Shown here: positions 29,592-39,958 of the stretch, piece after piece
Numbering within the stretch: the first letter of the stretch is position 1
How the letters are laid out: every line of letters begins with the position of its first letter
Origin: a virus
Taxonomy: Duplodnaviria > Caudoviricetes
Reading direction: 5' to 3' (one strand)
Length of the DNA: 61,732 nucleotides
IMG/VR virus record: IMGVR_UViG_3300012943_000035
Location: 1-61,732 of that record
Program-made: the position numbers and the translations under genes
The notes under the pieces: generated by a model
Told to the model about the DNA's origin: nothing
Databases searched by the model: none
The model's input: only the letters and a program-made list of their open reading frames with translations

Positions 29592-29867
29592 ACGCTTAGC
29601 GTTTGGATTGTTGAATTGAAATCCTTGCCCATCTAAACCATCAGTATAGTCTAATTCAATCCCTTGAATGAACAAGAATGATTTAGGGTCAACGACGATG
29701 ACGAGACCGTCTACGTTAGTTACTCTATCGTTGTCTTTTGGGGCTTCTTCCCAAGATAGCTTATAAGACAGACCCGAACACCCACCGCCAACTACTGATA
29801 CTCGTAGGGCTTTGTCTCCCTCTTGAAGGGTCTTAAGTTTAGTGAGTGCCGGATCTGTAATAATCAT
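29559..29867 (-). CDS. iscA: A-type Fe-S cluster carrier (IscA/HesB family)
   Basis: GGGCSGLSY and NPNAKRSCGCGSSF. Confidence 0.93.
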   Translation of the reverse strand: MIITDPALTKLKTLQEGDKALRVSVVGGGCSGLSYKLSWEEAPKDNDRVTNVDGLVIVVDPKSFLFIQGIELDYTDGLDGQGFQFNNPNAKRSCGCGSSFGV

Positions 29868-29876
29868 ATGTCTATT

Positions 29877-31655
29877 TTACAACGAGCAGAGACCAGAAGC
29901 ACAATCATCTACTTGCTCTGCGTCAGTCTTATGTTGCTCGTTGAAGCGAGTTTTAGCTTCATTAATTGGGATAGGTGATAGAGGTGGGGGTTCTATGGTT
30001 CCATCATCCCTAACCATGCCGCGAGTGCCATCTCTGTAGAACGTGGTTCCTTTTAGGTGAGGTAGGTACTCAAGCCAAAGCTTCTCAACTTCAGCCATAG
30101 GATAGTCGTGGGCGATGTTGATAGTCTTTGAGACAGCATTGTCTACGTGCTTCTGGACGATACGTTGAACTTCCATATGGTCACGAACAGATAGATCGTG
30201 GCTGCCAACAAAGTGACCGACATCTTTACCGTCCTTCATGAATTGCTCAAATAGAGGATGAAAGACTAGTTCGGTCTTGCGCTCTTCGCCTTGCCAGAAG
30301 CGACGCTCATAAGCAGGAGCAAACATAGGTTCAATTCCTGAGCTGCAGTTGCCGCTTAGGATAGAGACAGTTCCAGTTGGTGCCTGAGTGAGGATACAGC
30401 AATTACGGATACCGTGCTCTTGAACAAGGGATTTGATCTTAGCCGGCATACGCTTCATGAAGCCTGATTCAACGTGCTTCTCTGGGTCACATAGAGGGAA
30501 TGCTCCCTTCTCAACGGCTAACATGACAGAGGCTTCGTATGCAGCCTTAGATATGAAGCGATACAGTTTGTCTGTGAACTTATTACCATCTTCTGAGCCG
30601 TAACGAAGTCCAAGAATAGCTAGAGTATCAGCTAATGCAGTCGTACCTAAGCCGATACGGCGAAGATTCTGAGATTTAGCTTTCATTTCAGGAAGTGGAT
30701 AGGAATTGACAGTGAGGACGTTATCTAGGAATCTGACTGCCGTGCGGATCGTATTACCAAGTAGAGCCCAATCAATCTCACTACCAGAAATGAAGCGAGT
30801 GAGAACAAGATGCCCAAGGCAGCAGCAATCGTAAGCAGAGAGAGCAATTTCACCACACGGATTAGTAGTAACAAGCGGTTCAATGTAGTGGATGTTGCTT
30901 TCACTTTCGACAAGCTCCCAGTTCAAGAACCCAGGCTCTGCTGAGTTGTATGCGTTAGCTACAATGGTATCCCAAAGAGCTTTAGCCTTGACTACTCGCT
31001 TGTGTTTACCCTTCCAGTTGAGCTCCCAATCGCCATCGTTCTTGACAGCCTTGATGAACTCCTTCGTGTGCTTGGAACGAACAGAGACGTTTGCGTGAGT
31101 GAGCTCACCTTTAGTAAGCTTAGCGTTCAAGAACTCCTCGATATCTGGATGATCAAGATCTAAACTGAACATGAGTGCGACGCGACGCTGTCCACCATTA
31201 CGAACTGGATCAGCACAGTTGTCGATGAGACGCATGAGCTCAACGGCTCCTGGCGCAACACCTTTCTGGCCAGCAATAGGGGCATTACGAGGACGGACGT
31301 CAGAGAAGTCGTCGCCGCAGCCGCCACCAGTCATTGAGGTAACGATCATGTTGTATGAAGACTTACCCCACCCCTCTTTGGAATCCTTGTTAGGATCGAG
31401 GACGAAGCAATTGAGTAGTTGAGGATTAGTACGTCCAGAGTTATACCAAATGCGACCACCTGGAACGAACATATTAGCGGATAGAATAGCGGAAAATTTC
31501 TCTCTGTATAGCTGCTGCTTCTCGGGCATTTCAGCGATAGCCATCTGATTGGCTACGCGAGCGCAAGCTTCTTCCCAAGTCTCAGTCTCTGTGAAAGCAT
31601 ATCTGTCTCTGAAGATTGTCTGGGAAAAACCGGTTGGAACAAACTTTTCAGTCAC
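29877..31655 (-). CDS. nrdJ: Class II (adenosylcobalamin-dependent) ribonucleotide reductase
   Basis: PGGRI, NCF, TNPCGEI, APTGT, C-terminal CxxGxC; GTG start after GGAG; no beta subunit nearby. Confidence 0.85.
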   Translation of the reverse strand: MTEKFVPTGFSQTIFRDRYAFTETETWEEACARVANQMAIAEMPEKQQLYREKFSAILSANMFVPGGRIWYNSGRTNPQLLNCFVLDPNKDSKEGWGKSSYNMIVTSMTGGGCGDDFSDVRPRNAPIAGQKGVAPGAVELMRLIDNCADPVRNGGQRRVALMFSLDLDHPDIEEFLNAKLTKGELTHANVSVRSKHTKEFIKAVKNDGDWELNWKGKHKRVVKAKALWDTIVANAYNSAEPGFLNWELVESESNIHYIEPLVTTNPCGEIALSAYDCCCLGHLVLTRFISGSEIDWALLGNTIRTAVRFLDNVLTVNSYPLPEMKAKSQNLRRIGLGTTALADTLAILGLRYGSEDGNKFTDKLYRFISKAAYEASVMLAVEKGAFPLCDPEKHVESGFMKRMPAKIKSLVQEHGIRNCCILTQAPTGTVSILSGNCSSGIEPMFAPAYERRFWQGEERKTELVFHPLFEQFMKDGKDVGHFVGSHDLSVRDHMEVQRIVQKHVDNAVSKTINIAHDYPMAEVEKLWLEYLPHLKGTTFYRDGTRGMVRDDGTIEPPPLSPIPINEAKTRFNEQHKTDAEQVDDCASGLCSL

Positions 31656-31718
31656 TGTTGGCACTCCAATTTGTTTGTTTTTATTGTTGAAGAATAGTAT
31701 AAATCCCATTCTACTGCA

Positions 31719-32411
31719 ATGAACAATAAAACGGAGACACTCGTGGAACAATCGGTTAAATTAGTGGCGATCACTGAAGGCGCAAATGAACTCGTTGGGA
31801 AGAGCGCGCAAGACATTATCTCGTACGTTGCACGAGTAAGTAATCCTAACAATCAGATGAGCTTCGAGACGGGAAGTAAGCTCATTAAGTATTGTATCAC
31901 GCACGAGCATTGGAGCATCTTCGAACATTCTTTTATCACGATGGAGATCAAGACATCTCGCGGAATTGCTGCTCAGATACTTCGCCATCGATCGTTCACG
32001 TTCCAAGAGTTTAGTCAACGCTACGCGACTGCATCCAAGAACGTCCTCTATCCAGCAAGAAGACAAGACAACAAGAACCGTCAGAATTCTATCGATGACA
32101 TGTCTGAGACCGATCGGGACTGGTTTAAGGCAGCACAGGAATCACATTGGGAAGCAGGTAAATCTTTGTACGATGAAGCGATCACTCGCGGCATCGCTAA
32201 AGAGCAAGCTCGCTTCCTACTCCCACTATCCACAGAGACTACTCTCTATATGTCTGGTTCTGTACGTTCATGGATCCACTACATCGAGCTCAGAGGTGGA
32301 CACGGAACTCAGAAAGAACATATGGACATAGCTCTGAGTGCGCGCAGTATAATTTCTGAGAGATTTCCAGATATTGCAACAGCCCTTGGATGGGTAGGAG
32401 AAGCACAATGA
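31719..32411 (+). CDS. thyX: Flavin-dependent thymidylate synthase
   Basis: RHRSFTFQEFSQRY motif, HWSIFEH. Confidence 0.95.
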   Translation: MNNKTETLVEQSVKLVAITEGANELVGKSAQDIISYVARVSNPNNQMSFETGSKLIKYCITHEHWSIFEHSFITMEIKTSRGIAAQILRHRSFTFQEFSQRYATASKNVLYPARRQDNKNRQNSIDDMSETDRDWFKAAQESHWEAGKSLYDEAITRGIAKEQARFLLPLSTETTLYMSGSVRSWIHYIELRGGHGTQKEHMDIALSARSIISERFPDIATALGWVGEAQ

Positions 32412-32656
32412 GTTTGAAAGAAGTAGGTATGGCACTAGGTGGCCTTGTGTTGGGTGGCTTGATCGGTGCATCACTGAGTGGTTCTGAGTTGAAAGGTCGA
32501 CTCAGTGCATGTAAGGATATTACGAGCGTTCTTAACCAGTCGCTTCCTTTACAGCTTGAATGTGAGATTGTTAAGGGTGACGTCTACATCACTTCGCCTT
32601 TGCAACCGGGCGTTAAGGTATCGTTAGACGGCAAAGACGTTATTAAGTAAGTAACT

Positions 32657-32685
32657 ATGGGAGTCACTCTGACTCCCATTTTTAT
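32657..32685 (+). terminator. Intrinsic terminator
   Basis: ATGGGAGTCA-CTC-TGACTCCCAT + TTTT. Confidence 0.7.
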
Positions 32686-32719
32686 TTCAGCCAGTACAAT
32701 CTACAAAAGGGAGCACAAG

Positions 32720-33388
32720 ATGAACCTCGACAAGCTGCTGCGTAAAGACAGAGATTCTGATGAGATCTGGGTTAATGAGTTCAGTGAAGATAGTGCTGGT
32801 GAGTTTAGGGATGCTTTGTTAGATGCTGCCAAAGGCGATCCTAAGAAACCCATTGTAGTTTATATCGACTCCTATGGTGGCTCAGTTGATGCTCTGTCCA
32901 CCATGATTGAGACTATGGATGAAGTATCTAATCCAATCATCACTGTGGCTGTAGGCAAAGCTATGAGTTGCGGTGCTGTTCTATTAAGCCATGGCGATAT
33001 CAGGTTCTGTGCTAAGAATGCTCGCGTAATGATCCATGAAGTTTCTGCTGCAACCAGCGGTGACGTACACGACATGAACGCAGATGCCACCGAGGTAAAG
33101 CGATTGAACAAGTGGTTCATGGGCTTACTCGCAAGAAACTGCGGTATCAAGGGTGGATACGACGCCCTTCGTAAGACTATTAAAGACCAAGACGGACGCG
33201 ATCGCTATCTTGACAGTGATGCCGCGCTGAAGTTTGGCATTGTAGACGCTGTAGGAATGCCAAGAGTTGAGAAGGTTTCTCTCTATCAGGTTGGCCTTGT
33301 TCCTCCTAAGGAGCGAATTGTAAAGGTAGAAGATAGACCTGTGGCCAAGAAAACTGGCAAGAAAAAATCCGACACGAAACGGAAATAA
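32720..33388 (+). CDS. clpP: ClpP-family protease 1
   Basis: IDSYGG, AMSCG (Ser), MIHE (His), DRYL...FGIVD. Confidence 0.9.
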   Translation: MNLDKLLRKDRDSDEIWVNEFSEDSAGEFRDALLDAAKGDPKKPIVVYIDSYGGSVDALSTMIETMDEVSNPIITVAVGKAMSCGAVLLSHGDIRFCAKNARVMIHEVSAATSGDVHDMNADATEVKRLNKWFMGLLARNCGIKGGYDALRKTIKDQDGRDRYLDSDAALKFGIVDAVGMPRVEKVSLYQVGLVPPKERIVKVEDRPVAKKTGKKKSDTKRK

Positions 33389-33824
33389 GAAGAGGTTTAA
33401 CTATGTCTCAAAATGAGAATGGTCAGAATGCATTACAGGAAGTAGTACACAAGGTTGTCATCACTCCTGAAGACGTTGCTGGAGCTGCCGAGTTCTGGCC
33501 TCAGTTTGAAGTACCTTTGGCGCCTGAGTTGAAGGCAGCTTTCGATGCCTTCTGTTCAGATCCTACCCTTGCCAATCAGAACGAGCTTAAGCTTCAGATC
33601 ACAAAGGCCGTATCTGGCACCGACCATGATGCCTTCAATGACGAGATGTTTAAAGAAATTGTTGAAGAATGTCGTGGGGTTACGTACGACATGTCGTTCG
33701 ACAAGACCCTCGAAGCCCAGCTTACCACAGAAGAAGAATAAGACCTTTCATTAGGGTCTTTGTTCACCAGTAGTGTAATTGTCACCCGAGGTGGGTGATA
33801 TAATGAAGCTAAGGGGTAAACCTT

Positions 33825-34295
33825 CTGTCAAAGCGACTTAAAAAACGTATCGTTGAAGTATGTGGACTCACTAACTTAAGTCGAGAAGATAAGGCTCGTC
33901 GTGCCCGCGATATTCTGAACGATAATGAAGAGAAGCAGCGCATCTGTAATGAACTCCTTGGAACTAAGTTCAAGGACATTGAGAAGACCTTACAAGAGAT
34001 TGTAGATAGCAAGAAGTTCTCAAGTAAAGAAGATACCCAAGCGCAAGAAATCCTTGACTATGCTCCCGAGAAGATCCATGGCCCGACTAAGCCTACCATG
34101 TCTAAGTCGGAAATTGTCATGGAGTATCTCATCGACAGAGACGAAGTGAATCGCCTTATCAATGCCAGTTTTGCACCTTGGGTTGAACCTCCAACTCCTG
34201 AAGTCAATACCAACTATACTACCTACTCTAGGGAAGAAGTTGAGGCGTTGATGAACTGTAACTACAACCCAGACCACTTCAAGTATCAGCGATAA
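33825..34295 (+). CDS. Hypothetical protein with probable CTG start (156 aa)
   Basis: Frame open from 33813 to 34295; AAGGGG upstream of CTG; TGATATAAT upstream. Confidence 0.5.
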   Translation: MSKRLKKRIVEVCGLTNLSREDKARRARDILNDNEEKQRICNELLGTKFKDIEKTLQEIVDSKKFSSKEDTQAQEILDYAPEKIHGPTKPTMSKSEIVMEYLIDRDEVNRLINASFAPWVEPPTPEVNTNYTTYSREEVEALMNCNYNPDHFKYQR

Positions 34296-34345
34296 TCCGA
34301 AACGAGATTTTCCTACGATCCCCATTAGGATCAAAGGAGTCTTAG

Positions 34346-35116
34346 ATGAAGAAGCTAGCGCTGTTTCTAGCCATACTCTCAATCTGCTTAGTCTTTCCGC
34401 GCCGAAGTGCAGCGAAGACTATCACCATTGCTGTGATCGATACAGGTATTGATGCTAGCAATCCAAAGCTCTGCAAGATGGGTCATAAGAGCTTCATTGA
34501 TGATAAGCCGTTGGTAGATAACCACGGACATGGAACCCACATCGCTGGTCTGATCGCAGCTAATGCTGGAGACCTAGACTATTGCATCGTCTCTCTAAAG
34601 TTCTATTCTGACTCGAATACCGGTCAACAAAATCTAGCCAATACTGTAGCAGCTGTAAGATATGCAACCAATATCAAGGTTGACTATATCAACTATAGCG
34701 GCGGTGGACCAGAGTTTGATGAGCAAGAATCCTTGGCTGTTAAGGCTGCATTGAAACAAAAGATCAAGATCTTTGCCGCCGCTGGCAATGAGCACGAGAA
34801 TCTAGATTTAAAGTGTGACTACTTTCCCGCTTGCTATGATAAGAAGATAACAATGGTTGGTAATCTCACACAGCTCAAGGTCCCTGATTGGGTTCGTACT
34901 CTTGCTTATGTTAAGTTTATCAAAGATCTAATCAAGGAAGATCCTAAGGTAGTTAATAGCACGTCTAACTACGGGAAACGTGTCAGCATTTGGGAAGTTG
35001 GAACTGAGTTAGAATCTACTATGCCTGGTGGAAAACGAGGCAAGATGACAGGTACGTCTCAGGCTACTGCTGTCGCAACTGGTAAAGCTGTTAAAAGGAG
35101 ACTCGCTCATGAATAG
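34346..35116 (+). CDS. Secreted subtilisin-like (S8) serine protease
   Basis: Signal peptide; VIDTG, HGTH, AAGN, GTSQA. Confidence 0.92.
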   Translation: MKKLALFLAILSICLVFPRRSAAKTITIAVIDTGIDASNPKLCKMGHKSFIDDKPLVDNHGHGTHIAGLIAANAGDLDYCIVSLKFYSDSNTGQQNLANTVAAVRYATNIKVDYINYSGGGPEFDEQESLAVKAALKQKIKIFAAAGNEHENLDLKCDYFPACYDKKITMVGNLTQLKVPDWVRTLAYVKFIKDLIKEDPKVVNSTSNYGKRVSIWEVGTELESTMPGGKRGKMTGTSQATAVATGKAVKRRLAHE

Positions 35117-35427
35117 GTTGTTGATTCTCTGTCTTATATGCTTGACAGGATGTGGACCACTCACTCCATCGATACCTAAGTCAGGTTTATGTTCAATTCC
35201 AAGTGAATATATGAGTCGATATAATTCAGTTCAAGAACACATCGACTCCTGGACAGAGGTTCAAACAATAATGGGCGAAGCACCGACCTCGATAGAGGGC
35301 GACACACAGACCTACGTTCATTGTAAGGCAATGAGCTTTACATTCTCTGGAAGTGTTTTAGTGAGCAAGCGCATAGAGTAATCTTACGTCCTCCTAGGGT
35401 ACAATTAGTCTATAACCCTAGGAGAAC

Positions 35428-36306
35428 GTGCGAATGTCACAGAAGAAACTAGTCCCGCCACCAATGAAGAAATTGGTGTTACTTAAGCTGAAACTTCAGA
35501 GTCTTCTCCCAAGGGCGAAGCAGTTAGTTTTGAGTGTCGTGTCGGTCGCAATGATCGCTGGCTCTGCAGCTTATCTCGTTGTTAAAGCCCCAGAAATCCA
35601 CAGCCAATATCTACGCTACGAAGTTGGATCCAAAGTTTACATGATCAAAGGTAAACTCGACGGTGGTGGAGGAACGGGATTTGCTGTTAAGGCAGCAAGT
35701 GGACAGTCATATGTCGTTACCAAATCCCATGTCTGTGAAGGCGCATTGGAACAAAGCGAAGATAAATCCGCACTTCTAGTTGTTAAAGATGATGGTAGTT
35801 CGATTCGCAGACGCATCATTGAGAACTCTGACTTCACTGATCTTTGTGTACTTGAAGGTATGCCTGGTGTAGAAGGTCTATCGCTTGGCTCAGACCCAAG
35901 TCTCGGAGAATCCTCTTACGTCGTTGGACATCCACGCTTGAGACCTCTCAGCGTTTCTAAGGGCGAAGTAGTTGGTGCTCTTGACGTAGAGATTCTTGCT
36001 TACATCATGCCTGGCAATCCATTCCTAGATTCCATGGCTCCTCAGCTTGTTAAAGACGGCAAGTGTGACCTTCCTAAGAACCAAATCGTAGATATCGCAG
36101 AGACCCCAATCGGTCCAGTTAAGATCTGTCTTAACATCACTAAAGCAGCAACCATGACCACGATCGTTATCTTCCCAGGTAACAGCGGCAGTCCTATGGT
36201 TGATATGTGGGGCAACGTCCAAGGCGTAGCTTTCGCATCTGACGGCACTAATTGGGCTTACAGCGTAAGCAGAGCCGATCTCGCTAAGCTTCTCTCTCGC
36301 TATTAA
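35428..36306 (+). CDS. Membrane-anchored trypsin-like (S1) serine protease
   Basis: GTGF, SHVC, DLC, PGNSGSP. Confidence 0.9.
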   Translation: MRMSQKKLVPPPMKKLVLLKLKLQSLLPRAKQLVLSVVSVAMIAGSAAYLVVKAPEIHSQYLRYEVGSKVYMIKGKLDGGGGTGFAVKAASGQSYVVTKSHVCEGALEQSEDKSALLVVKDDGSSIRRRIIENSDFTDLCVLEGMPGVEGLSLGSDPSLGESSYVVGHPRLRPLSVSKGEVVGALDVEILAYIMPGNPFLDSMAPQLVKDGKCDLPKNQIVDIAETPIGPVKICLNITKAATMTTIVIFPGNSGSPMVDMWGNVQGVAFASDGTNWAYSVSRADLAKLLSRY

Positions 36307-36344
36307 TCAATTCCGATCGTATAACAATCCATGGACGGATTGTC

Positions 36345-36734
36345 ATGCTGATCGCAAAGCTTCTACTTCTACATTTCATAGCCGACTTCGTTCTGCAGCC
36401 CAGAGAGATGGGGGCAAAGAAGTCTTCTGATTGGCGTTGGCTAGCCGCTCACCTCGCAATCCAATTCATCGTATTTGCTCCGTTCACCTCAGTGCTGTTT
36501 GCGCTTGCAAACTGTGCTGTTCATGGTGTCATTGATGGCACTCTCTGGAATCTGTATAAATGGTCTGTTAAGAAGCGTATCTATAAAGATAGCTCTGGAC
36601 GAGATTGTCATTCGCTTATCAGCGACCAAGGCGAATGGAGATTCTGGTTGGATCATTTGTTCTATACGACCATCGGCTTTGATCAACTTCTTCACGGTTT
36701 AACGCTCGTAATCTTAGCGGGGTATTTACTTTGA
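36345..36734 (+). CDS. DUF3307-like membrane protein
   Basis: HFIADFVLQ...H...HGVID...DQLLH. Confidence 0.75.
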   Translation: MLIAKLLLLHFIADFVLQPREMGAKKSSDWRWLAAHLAIQFIVFAPFTSVLFALANCAVHGVIDGTLWNLYKWSVKKRIYKDSSGRDCHSLISDQGEWRFWLDHLFYTTIGFDQLLHGLTLVILAGYLL

Positions 36735-37864
36735 AAACACTTCCTACTCTATATAAGCTCACTTCTACTGGAGCTATCCAACTCTGGACCATCGCTGTAG
36801 ATGGTAACAAGATCATCGTTCGCCATGGGCAGAAAGATGGCAAGATTCAAGTTGGTGAAGAGATTATCAAAGAGGGTAAGAATGTAGGTCGAAGCAATGA
36901 AACTACCCCAGCTGAGCAAGCATTAGCTGAAGCTACAGCTAAGTGGGAAGGCAAGGTCAAGAAGGGCTATGTCGAGGACATCTCACGAGCTGCTGCTGGT
37001 GAGAAGGATATCGATGGCGGGTATGATTGCATGCTTGCCCATAAGTTTGCAGATCATGGCCACAAGATAGTTTATCCTGCTTATGAACAACCTAAGTTGA
37101 ATGGCCATCGATGTGAAGCTATAATTGATAATGGAGTTGCTACTCTCTGGAGTCGTACTCGCAAGCCCATTCTAAGTTGTCCACACATCATTGAGGAGCT
37201 TCAAGCATTATATCCGACTGGATATCATGAGAAAGACGGCGAACTTTACAACCACGCTTACAAAGATAAGTTCGAAGAGCTTGCATCCTTGATTCGTCAA
37301 GAAGTTCCAGCAGCTAACTGTACTGAAGTTCAGTATCACATGTACGATAACCCAACCGTCGACGGTGGGTTTGAAGATAGAATTGAAGTGCTCGCCAACG
37401 AGATTCACACCTACGAAAAGAAGAACGGTTTGTTCAAGTATCTCAAGCTAGTTGATACTGTTCTCGTAGAAGACGAAGAGCAGATGATGGCCACGTTCGA
37501 TAGCTTTCTCGCTCTTGGTTACGAAGGCGGAATGGCTCGTAATGCTAAGGGCGAATACAAGGGGAAACGTAGCTACGATTTGCAGAAGATCAAGGAGTTC
37601 CTTGATGATGACTTCCAGATCGTCGGTATCAAAGAAGGCCGTGGTAGCTATGTAGGATGCGGCATCTTTGTTTGCCACTCTCCTACGGCCCCGAAGGGTG
37701 AGGACACCTTCGACGTCAAGATGCGCGGTCCTAAGGAGCGTCTGAAGGACTTCCTTCAAGATGAGAAGCTTTGGAAGGGTAAGGCGTTAGTGGTTAAATA
37801 TCAGTACATCAGCAAGTACGGTATCCCAATTTTCCCAGTGGGTGAAAGGTTCTCTGACAAATGA
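36731..37864 (+). CDS. ATP-dependent DNA ligase with N-terminal WGR-like extension
   Basis: QPKLNGHRC (motif I), DGELY, YEGGM, KIK, PIFPV. Confidence 0.9.
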   Translation: MKTLPTLYKLTSTGAIQLWTIAVDGNKIIVRHGQKDGKIQVGEEIIKEGKNVGRSNETTPAEQALAEATAKWEGKVKKGYVEDISRAAAGEKDIDGGYDCMLAHKFADHGHKIVYPAYEQPKLNGHRCEAIIDNGVATLWSRTRKPILSCPHIIEELQALYPTGYHEKDGELYNHAYKDKFEELASLIRQEVPAANCTEVQYHMYDNPTVDGGFEDRIEVLANEIHTYEKKNGLFKYLKLVDTVLVEDEEQMMATFDSFLALGYEGGMARNAKGEYKGKRSYDLQKIKEFLDDDFQIVGIKEGRGSYVGCGIFVCHSPTAPKGEDTFDVKMRGPKERLKDFLQDEKLWKGKALVVKYQYISKYGIPIFPVGERFSDK

Positions 37865-38340
37865 AATATAAGAGACTTAAGAGCTTCCTAGCGCATAAAG
37901 AGTTTAATACTAGTGATAACACTCCGTGTGGCATCAGCGGATATTACTTTCGTTTGCCTCATGGTTGTGGCATCAAGGTTTATGCCAACAATACCGGTAA
38001 AACACCAAGCGATGTGGTAGCTTCTCATTACTGGTGGGTTGCTGCTAGAGCTATGCACGTGATGAACCAGGCCAGGACTAAGGGTATTGGAGCACCAAAG
38101 GCTCACTGCCTACTTCCTGTTAAGGTTGATGGTGAATGGGCTGTTGGTTTAGTTATGGACCATATCGATGGTAAGCATAAAAACATTTCTAGTAAGAAAT
38201 GGGGCCAACTTCGCAGGAAACTTGATCGCCACGGCATTCAGCACGATGATATGGGTTCACATAACTGGAAGGTTCAGGAGTCAGGTAGAATCGTCTTGAT
38301 TGATTGGGATTGGACCTACATTAGAAAAGGTAAACGATGA
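37861..38340 (+). CDS. Protein-kinase-like (APH/RIO fold) protein
   Basis: GIKV, LVMDHIDG, HDDMGSHN, LIDWD. Confidence 0.65.
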   Translation: MKYKRLKSFLAHKEFNTSDNTPCGISGYYFRLPHGCGIKVYANNTGKTPSDVVASHYWWVAARAMHVMNQARTKGIGAPKAHCLLPVKVDGEWAVGLVMDHIDGKHKNISSKKWGQLRRKLDRHGIQHDDMGSHNWKVQESGRIVLIDWDWTYIRKGKR

Positions 38341-38921
38341 AGAACGAAGGCATTTTCCTACCCTTTGACTGTGAGTCTGGTGGCATCGGTGACGAGGTCT
38401 CTCTGCTCACTGTACACTTCGCAGTCTGTGATGAAGACTGGAACGTCCTTGATGAGCTTGATCTCAAGACCAAGCCAAAGGATGTAGACGAGACTGGTAG
38501 TACCTTATATAAGGTTACCGCTAGTGCTCTCAACATCAACCACATCGACCTGATCAAGCACAATGCTGAAGCCATCCCTTATAACGAGGCCGGCGGTAAG
38601 CTACGCGACTTCCTTATCCGCAACAGTAGGGATGGAGCTATCAAGCTTCAACCCATGGGTAAGAACATCGGTGGCGACGTGGCTTGGGTTACCAACCACC
38701 TCCTTGGTAAGAAGACCTTCGAGAAGTATGTTAGCTATCGTCACTACGATATCACCACTGCAGTAACCTTTCTTAAGCGTACTGGTAAGTTGGATAGGTT
38801 TGCGCCAGAGTCTCTTGAGAAGCTCGCAGAGTACTTCGGTATAAAGGCTCAATGGCACACGGCTCGCGGAGATAACTACGCGGGTATCGAAGTGATGAAG
38901 AAGTTAGAAAGCTTAGCGTGA
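38337..38921 (+). CDS. DEDDh 3'-5' exonuclease
   Basis: FDCESGG, GKNIGGD, HTARGD. Confidence 0.8.
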   Translation: MKNEGIFLPFDCESGGIGDEVSLLTVHFAVCDEDWNVLDELDLKTKPKDVDETGSTLYKVTASALNINHIDLIKHNAEAIPYNEAGGKLRDFLIRNSRDGAIKLQPMGKNIGGDVAWVTNHLLGKKTFEKYVSYRHYDITTAVTFLKRTGKLDRFAPESLEKLAEYFGIKAQWHTARGDNYAGIEVMKKLESLA

Positions 38922-39394
38922 GTGAAACTATATTGATACTACGAACGAATGGCAGGACCTGGGTTCTATTAGCACCCAAGGGTCATGTCATATACGAGCT
39001 ATCGCCACGTACCACCAGTCGTCAGGCTGCGTATGAAGAGGCTAGAGCTTGGGCTTCTAGTTTCAGTAGCACCACAGTGAGGTTCGAAGATGAACAAGAC
39101 CCGAAGAGAGATTGAGTGCATCTCAAGATTGCAGGTGCTCGCTGGAAATGTGGACAATGTCCTAGACTTTCTCATGGGCGAATCTCTTATCACCAGAGAC
39201 GAGGTTAAGGTTCTGAGGTCTTCACCTGATGCACCGAAGGATATCCATAAGATGTTATGTAGGTTGGGTAACGATAACAAGTTCCAACTACTTGAATATA
39301 CTTGGGAAATACTTCCAGTTGAGCGAATCAAGATCTATATTGTTACTGATAGGGCGAGCCAAGAATTCACCTATAATTTTTAGGAGGTCCATTT

Positions 39395-39766
39395 ATGAAG
39401 GGACAGAAACAAGCCGTGGTCGATTACGTTCTAGGTTGTCTTCCTGCCTTTGTTAAAGGCCAAGACATTGCCCTTATGCAGCTCACTAAGGAACAGCTAG
39501 AGAGCATTAAGTTCTCTATTGCTGAAGACATTGCCCTTGGACGAGTTGAGTACAGCAAGGATATCACTAAGATTGCAGAAGTTACTGCTTATGCTCGTTC
39601 TATGGTGATGAACCACCTTAAGAAAGCTAAAGAGCTTAACGGTGGAGTTACCTATGGAAAGACTACTGCTGAAGTAGCCGTTGTAGCCAAGAACAAAGCC
39701 CTGTCCGACATTGATATGAGTGTGCTGCCAGAAGATCTTTCTGAGTTCGTTAAAACCCTGGTATAA
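39395..39766 (+). CDS. 'QKEAV...NWLRKDKRLNG' family protein, divergent paralog 4
   Basis: GQKQAV...YARSMVMNHLKKAKELNGG; AGGAGG RBS. Confidence 0.7.
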   Translation: MKGQKQAVVDYVLGCLPAFVKGQDIALMQLTKEQLESIKFSIAEDIALGRVEYSKDITKIAEVTAYARSMVMNHLKKAKELNGGVTYGKTTAEVAVVAKNKALSDIDMSVLPEDLSEFVKTLV

Positions 39767-39787
39767 TCATAATTCAATGCGCGCGCA

Positions 39788-39860
39788 GGATGCTGCTCAA
39801 TCGAGAGCGGGCTAGGCAATAACGTTAAAGACCTAGATGTGAGGTCGTCCTCACCGTCCA
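39788..39860 (+). ncRNA. tRNA-like cloverleaf element (non-canonical or pseudo-tRNA)
   Basis: GGATG/CGTCC-A closing stem, GCTC/GAGC arm, CTAGG/CCTAG arm with oversized loop, GTGAG/CTCAC arm; adjacent to tRNA-Met. Confidence 0.4.
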
Positions 39861-39875
39861 TTTAAATTTTAAGAT

Positions 39876-39954
39876 CGCAGGGATCGAGCAACGGCGGCTC
39901 ACATGGCTCATAACCATGACGGTGTACTAGATTCGACTTCTAGCCCTGCAACCA
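39876..39954 (+). tRNA. tRNA-Met(CAT), initiator type
   Basis: C1:A72 mismatch, anticodon arm CATGG-CTCATAA-CCATG, T arm CTAGA-TTCGACT-TCTAG, encoded CCA. Confidence 0.9.
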
Positions 39955-39958
39955 ACTT

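Noticed and set aside
31656-31751. N-terminal extension of NrdJ in the ORF track
   Set aside because: Overlaps the divergent thyX start; GGAG-preceded GTG at 31655 is the better start.
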